Source: the human T2T-CHM13v2.0 reference genome, Homo sapiens
NCBI RefSeq assembly: GCF_009914755.1
Contig: NC_060934.1
DNA: 64,000 bases
Reading direction: 5' to 3' (one strand)
The notes below the pieces were generated by a model, which saw only the letters and a program-made list of their open reading frames with translations, was not told the origin of the DNA and ran no database searches. Position 1 is the stretch's first letter. Each line of letters starts with the position of its first letter. Positions 58,543 through 64,000 of the stretch are shown here, piece by piece. The position numbers and the translations under genes were made by a program.

Positions 58543-58882
58543 TACTGTGGCTTAAACGTTTGTGTTCCCTCCACAATTCATGTTGAAACTTAATCCCCAG
58601 TGCAACCGTATTAAGAGGTGGGGCCTTGAGGAGGTGATTGAATCATAAGGCTCTACCATCCTGCCCTTAGAAGCCAGGCTTCAGAGAGCATTCAGCCCTT
58701 TGCCCGTCTGCCATATGAGGACACAGTGTTCAAGGCACCATCTGGCAACAGAAACCAGGCCCTCGTCAGACATCAAGTCTTGCTCTTGGACTTGCCAGCC
58801 TCCAGAACTGTGAAAATTTTTATTATTTATAAATGACCCAGTCTCAGGTGTTTTGGTATAGCATCACAAATGGACTAAGACA
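58543..58882 (+). mobile_element. MST/MLT1A-type MaLR solo LTR
   Basis: aattcatgttgaaacttaatcccc...tatagcatcacaaatggactaagaca. Confidence 0.8.
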
Positions 58883-59397
58883 GAGATCACAGGCTTGAGG
58901 GCTTCATTACTGAAGGGTCTTGTTCCCTAAAGTTATTATTCTTTAAGAAACTTTATGGTGCGGTGGCCTCGTGCAGCTTGGGTGCTTGACTTGGGGAAGT
59001 ATGTTCACCATGTGGATGTTTGCTCTTCTTTTGGAGGATTCTTCTCTCCGATTATTACTAAGCTTTGGAATGTACTGGCTGCTCAAGGCTGAGAATGTTT
59101 GATTAACCAAATTGCTCACTCCAGGTTAATTGGATTTCAAGGAAATCAATTGGATTTAGGAGGGAAAATGTCAGAGGAAGACACGTGACCTACAATAAAG
59201 ACAACATGAGGGACAGGGGCTCCCGCACAAACTGGTTCCTGGTCTGTGCAGACCACCTCCCGTTCCTGAGGCGGGGCAAGGCTTTGGCTTGGAGCTTCTA
59301 CAATCTCTGTAAGCCATGACATGCGTAACCTAATTGTCAGCGGGAGAACTGAAGTTTTTTTCCCCTAAAACATTCATCATTTACAAAGTGGATTTGC

Positions 59398-59701
59398 TTT
59401 TTTTTTTTTTTTTTTGAGATAGGGTCTCACTTTGTTACCCAGGCTGAGGAGCAGTGGCACAGTCACAGCTCAACTGCAGCCGTGACTTCTCTGGCTCAAG
59501 TGATCTTCCCACCTCAGCCTCCCGCAAGTAGCTGGGACTACAGGTGTGAGCCACCGTGCCCAGCTAATTTTTGTATGTTTTTGTAGAGGTATGGTTTTGC
59601 CATGTTGTCCAGGCTGGTCTTGAACTCCTGGGCTCAAGCAATCTGCCCACCTCGGCCTCCCAAAGTGTTGGGATTACAGGCATGAGCCACTGCACCCAGC
59701 C
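59398..59701 (-). mobile_element. Alu (AluJ-like)
   Basis: Antisense dimer; TSD-like tggatttgc. Confidence 0.92.
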
Positions 59702-60373
59702 TGGATTTGCATATTCTTAGTATAGTTGGACAATAATATTTGGAAACAGTCATTCCCACAGGAGATCTTTGAGCCTTATGTTCAATGAGGGGTCAGTTCT
59801 GACTCTGAAAGTGAGCAGAGCTCAGGGGGCCCAGGTGCTGGGGAGTGATGCCATCAGCACCAGGGCAGGCCTGTTGTTTCCAGCTGCATAGCGTGCCTGA
59901 GACAGAAAGACCCTTCCCAGTGTCTGTCCTGATTCCCTTCTTTCCAGACTGCATTTTGGTCTCTTTTCATCCACAAATAAACCCTTTTCCCCATCTCTGG
60001 GCCGGCATAGGACCCTCGGCCTCCCTGGGGAGAACTGCTTGTGTTTTACACACATGAGAGTCTGCGTTTGGGGCTTGTTCCTCCCTGCAAAGGATGCACA
60101 TGGAGGCTGCTCAGTGGTTGCGGGAGGGAGGCCCCGCTCACTACCCACCTGCACTTCTCTGCCAAGGCACACCCAGGCCTCCTGGCCTCCGGATGAGAAT
60201 TATGCTCATCGTTGCTGGTGGTATCCCTCAGAAAGCTCCCAACTGGTTCTGCTCTGAGAGTGGGGCCTTCTGATGAGGAGATGCCCGCAGTCTGCTGGTC
60301 AAACCCAGCTCTTCTCAGGGCAGCTGCCAGGGCAACAGCAATGACACCAGTTGAGAAGCTGAGATTTCCCAAG

Positions 60374-60877
60374 CACGATGGTAAATTCTGTATGTCAGTG
60401 TGACGGGGCCAAGGGATGGCCACAGACCTGGTAAAACACTGTTCCTGGGTGTGTCTGTGAGGGTGTTCTACGAGAGATGAGCATTTAAATTAGTAAAGAA
60501 GAGCCAGCCTCACCCGCAGGCAGGAGTCATCCAGTCCACTGAGGGCTCGAGGAGAACGAAAAGGCCGACGAAGGGCAAATCCTCCCACTTCCTGAGCTGG
60601 GACATTCATCTTCTTTGTCCCTTGAATCCTGTCTATCCAGGTTCCCAGGCCCTCAGAGCCCAGGACTTACAGAAGCACTGCCTTCTCGCACTGCCTTCTC
60701 CCCAGGCCTTCTTCAGACGCGGACTGGAAGTCACACCACCAGCTCCCCGGCTCTCAGCCTCCAGGCTCAGGCTGAACTGCAAGCACTGGCTTTCCTGGGT
60801 CTCCAGCTTGCGGCCCACAGATGCTGGCCTCCTCGGCCTCCAGAATTATGTGAGCCAATTCCCCTAAGTGCCCCCTA

Positions 60878-60915
<38 letters not shown>

Positions 60916-60961
60916 GTCCATCTATCCCATTGGTTCTGTTTCTCTGGAGAACCCTAATACA
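60374..60961 (+). mobile_element. MLT2B/C/D-type ERVL LTR with internal (TCTG)n(TC)n
   Basis: ctgggtgtgtctgtgaggg ... tggttctgtttctctggagaaccctaataca. Confidence 0.8.
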
Positions 60962-62359
60962 TTGAGAGAGAGGACCCCAGAAGCAGACCAGACGCAGAGG
61001 GAAGAGGAAGCGGTCTGGCCTGGCTCAGAGATGGGATCTGGCTGGTTACGTGGGACTCCTTTCCGTCTCTGGAAATGCAATTTTTACAGGACTTGGGGGT
61101 GTTTGGGTGAGAGGTGAGGAAAAAGTTACGAACTCCCCAGGTCCAGAAATTTAGTCACACGCTGAACACTCAGTAAAGTAACTCAGTGAGTCAGCTTGGT
61201 GACAGGCCCCATGAGTGTGAAGCATGCAGAATTTTCCATGCAGATTAAAGCCCCTGTCGCCGAGGTTACACGGCAAAGCTCAACCCACTGCTGCTAGACC
61301 CATCTGCTGGCCTCTCTCCCATCTGCACCACGTGGCCCCTGGCTCCCGTCACCCCCCATACTCCTGAAAAGCTGCTACACATGCGCCGCCCCTGAGGGAC
61401 CCATCAGGCTGAGAACAAGAACCAGCTCTTTCCATAACCGCACCACGCCTGGGTCTCTCTGCTGGCTTGGGGAGGGGACACAGGTTACATGTCAGAGGGT
61501 CCAGAGGCTTAGAGGTGGACACGGTACCCTGGAGAAGGGTGTAGGAAGGAACCATCTCAGGCCCAGGCCCAGTTTCTGTCCTGCCGCCGAAAGCGGGTTG
61601 ACGCTGAGGAGTCTCTACCCTGTCGTCGGAGCATCAGTTTCCCATCCGTTAAGAGAGTTTGAGCTGCTGCCTCCAGATGTGTTCACCACTGAGAAAAGTG
61701 TTGCTACAGCCCATTGGAGGGTCAATAGCTTAATGCGGTGATTAACAAACACCGTGTAAAATGTTCTGAGAAATAAATAATATTGCTCATGATTTGCTTC
61801 TGGGGCTGAGAGGAGAAGCTTATCTGGGAAAAGCATCGCTGATGGTAAAGGCAGGATTCCGATCATTACCCCCCACACCTATGAGTCCTAGGCCTCTGCT
61901 AGGGGCTCAGGGAGCAGAGACAAGCACAGGTCCAGCTCTCAGGAGCCCACAAACACCCTGAGAAGAACAAGGTCTCAGAATGTCAGAGAGGTGGAGTGAC
62001 CACAGCTTGGAGCTGCGCATACACACGGGCTGTGGGCAGTCAAGCCAGGCTGAGAAGGGGGCTTGGAGGCCATGCCGAGGAACATGACCCCCGTCCTGCA
62101 GTCCTGGGGAGCCCCGCCAAGGGGAGGTGGACTCCAGCGTTCCCGTGGGAACACTCTCTCATCTAACTCTCTCTCAGCCCTTGGTCAGCAAAGTTTCAAT
62201 CTGCCTCCACCTCACTTAACCTTGTGTATGGCATTAAATTCCTCCAAGTCCAGTTTTTCTTGTCCCCAAAATGCAGGTAATAGGACCCACCTGATAGGGC
62301 TATTTTGAGGATTAAATGAGATGTTGAGGGGAAATGTTTAAGTCTCTTTTAATTCAGAG

Positions 62360-62817
62360 TGTTAAGTTTAGCCTAAAGCTGCCTCCTTACATGTTTTAAG
62401 TTCAGCCTAAAGAATTCTCCGTATACAGTGAACTGTAACCTAAATAGTTACAGCTATGGGTACAAGAGTAGGTTACAGCCTGTTTGTAGGATACAGCTTG
62501 GGCTCTGTCCTAGATGTGTAAACAGGCTGTAACCTACTCTTGTACCAATCACTGAATTTCAGCCAATCAGAGGTGGCCAACTGCTCAAACCCTGTTCAAA
62601 TAAGGCAAATGCCGAGATGTAACCAATTCAGCTGTTTCTGCATCTCACTTCCATTTTCTGTACGTCACTTTCCCTTTACTGTCCATAAATCTTCAACCAC
62701 GAGGCAGCGCCCCAGCCTCTCTGAACCTTTCTGGTTTAGGGGCTGCCCCATTCGCAAATCATTCTTTGCTCAATTAAACTCTCTCAAATGTAATTTGTCT
62801 AAGGTTTTCTTTTAACA
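62360..62817 (+). mobile_element. MER57-like ERV1 solo LTR with 4-bp TSD AGAG
   Basis: TG...CA ends; tttagcctaaagctgcctccttaca start; several CCAAT boxes; ATTAAA; TSD at 62356-62359 and 62818-62821. Confidence 0.8.
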
Positions 62818-63134
62818 AGAGATAAATATGATAAAAGACTACATTTCTCCTGTAAGCACTGTGCATACCTTCCAAGCAGTAGGGTGCTTACCAGTAAGAA
62901 CGAAAGAAACTGTCCAAGCAAATGCATTCCTGCAGCTTTTGTAGGTTTTATCAGTATTTTGTGAAAATGAGAATTCTGCTGCTGAAGTCTTTTTGTTGTT
63001 TCAGTTGCTTTTCAAACACTTTATATAATTGCACAAGGCATAAATCTATAAATAATATGCAAATACACAGCTTAAAATTGAACTTGATAAAAAGATTCAA
63101 CAGTAAGTATATGAGGGACTTCTAGTAACCAAAC

Positions 63135-63428
63135 TTTTCTTTTTTTTTTTTTTTTTTTGAGATGGAGTCTCGCTCTGTCACCCAGGCTAGAGTGCAGTGG
63201 CGCCATCTTGGCTCACTGCAACCTCCGCCTCCCAAGTTCAAGCAATTCTCCTGTCTCAGCCTCCTGAATAGCTGGGATTACATATGTGCACCACCATACC
63301 CAGCTAAGTTTCTGAATTTTTAGTAGAGATGGGGTTTCGCCATGTCAGCCAGGCTGATCTCGAAGCGATCCACCCGCCTCGGCCTCTTGAAGTGCTGGGA
63401 TTACAGGCATGAGCCACTGCACCAGGCC
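63135..63428 (-). mobile_element. Alu (AluS-like)
   Basis: Antisense dimer with long T tract. Confidence 0.93.
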
Positions 63429-63529
63429 AAGATTTTCTTAAAAGGGCATTTTATTCAAACTCGGAAACGGTTTATCTTGATGTTTACTCTACCAATTCAC
63501 TTGATTATTTTATCATTTAGATTTGATTG

Positions 63530-63900
63530 TAAAAGAAAAAATCTCGTAGTAATAGTGGCTTAAACAAGATAGAAGTCGATATGTCTTTTACACTCAAGAA
63601 GTCTAGAGTTGGGATAGTTTTTGTGCCCACAGTGTCACCTTGTTCCAGAAAACTTTCTTTCCCCAATGTCATCTCAGGGCCCAAGATGCCCACTGGAGCT
63701 CCAGCTCTTCGATCTGTATTTCAGGAAGAAGGAAGAATGATGTCAGAGGTGTGCATCTCACTACATCCCCTTGGCTACAACTTAATCACACTCTCATGCC
63801 TGCCTGCGAAGGAAGCTGGGAAATGTAGTTCTTATTCCAAATGACCACGTACTTTGCTGAATATCAAGGATTCTTGTTCCAGAGTAATGAATATTGAGAC
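63530..63900. mobile_element. Old MLT1 (J/K-like) LTR fragment
   Basis: agtggcttaaacaag...gaagctgggaaatgtagt. Confidence 0.55.
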
Positions 63901-64000
63901 CACCTCACTGACTCTATCCCTGTCATCTACTTCCTTAGAATTTTTAGTAAAATGATTCTTGGTAGCTTATTTTCTGAAGACTTGTATACAACACAATGTT

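Overview
Human (primate) genomic DNA that I recognise as the chr10q26 EDRF1-MMP21 locus. The + strand carries 23 GT-AG coding exons of EDRF1 (C10orf137), presumed exons 3-25. They splice into one continuous frame of 3400 nt ending at TGA 41920-41922, with poly(A) signals at about 42566-42575. The - strand carries the complete 7-exon MMP21 gene (ATG 54271 to TAA 45112; 1710 nt, 569 aa) with a TATA box, CpG island, cysteine switch, furin site, HEXXHXXGXXH zinc motif and hemopexin domain. The two genes are convergent with a gap of about 2.1-2.3 kb. The rest is intronic or intergenic DNA rich in Alu, L1, L2, MIR, DNA-transposon and LTR relics, and the far right end probably holds a distal UROS 3' end. 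Main leads: (1) the EDRF1 N-terminal exons match DXO/Rai1/eIF3d-fold motifs in order, with the catalytic acidic residues replaced, suggesting a cap/5'-end-binding pseudo-nuclease; (2) a ~94%-identical 210-bp non-Alu duplication brackets the MMP21 catalytic exons 3-5; (3) an 88-nt hairpin was created by a templated insertion inside a MER57-like LTR; (4) an MLT2A solo LTR lies co-oriented upstream of MMP21; (5) several candidate alternative-terminal, antisense and bidirectional processing signals. Repeat family names, exon numbering and external annotation are from memory, not from database searches.
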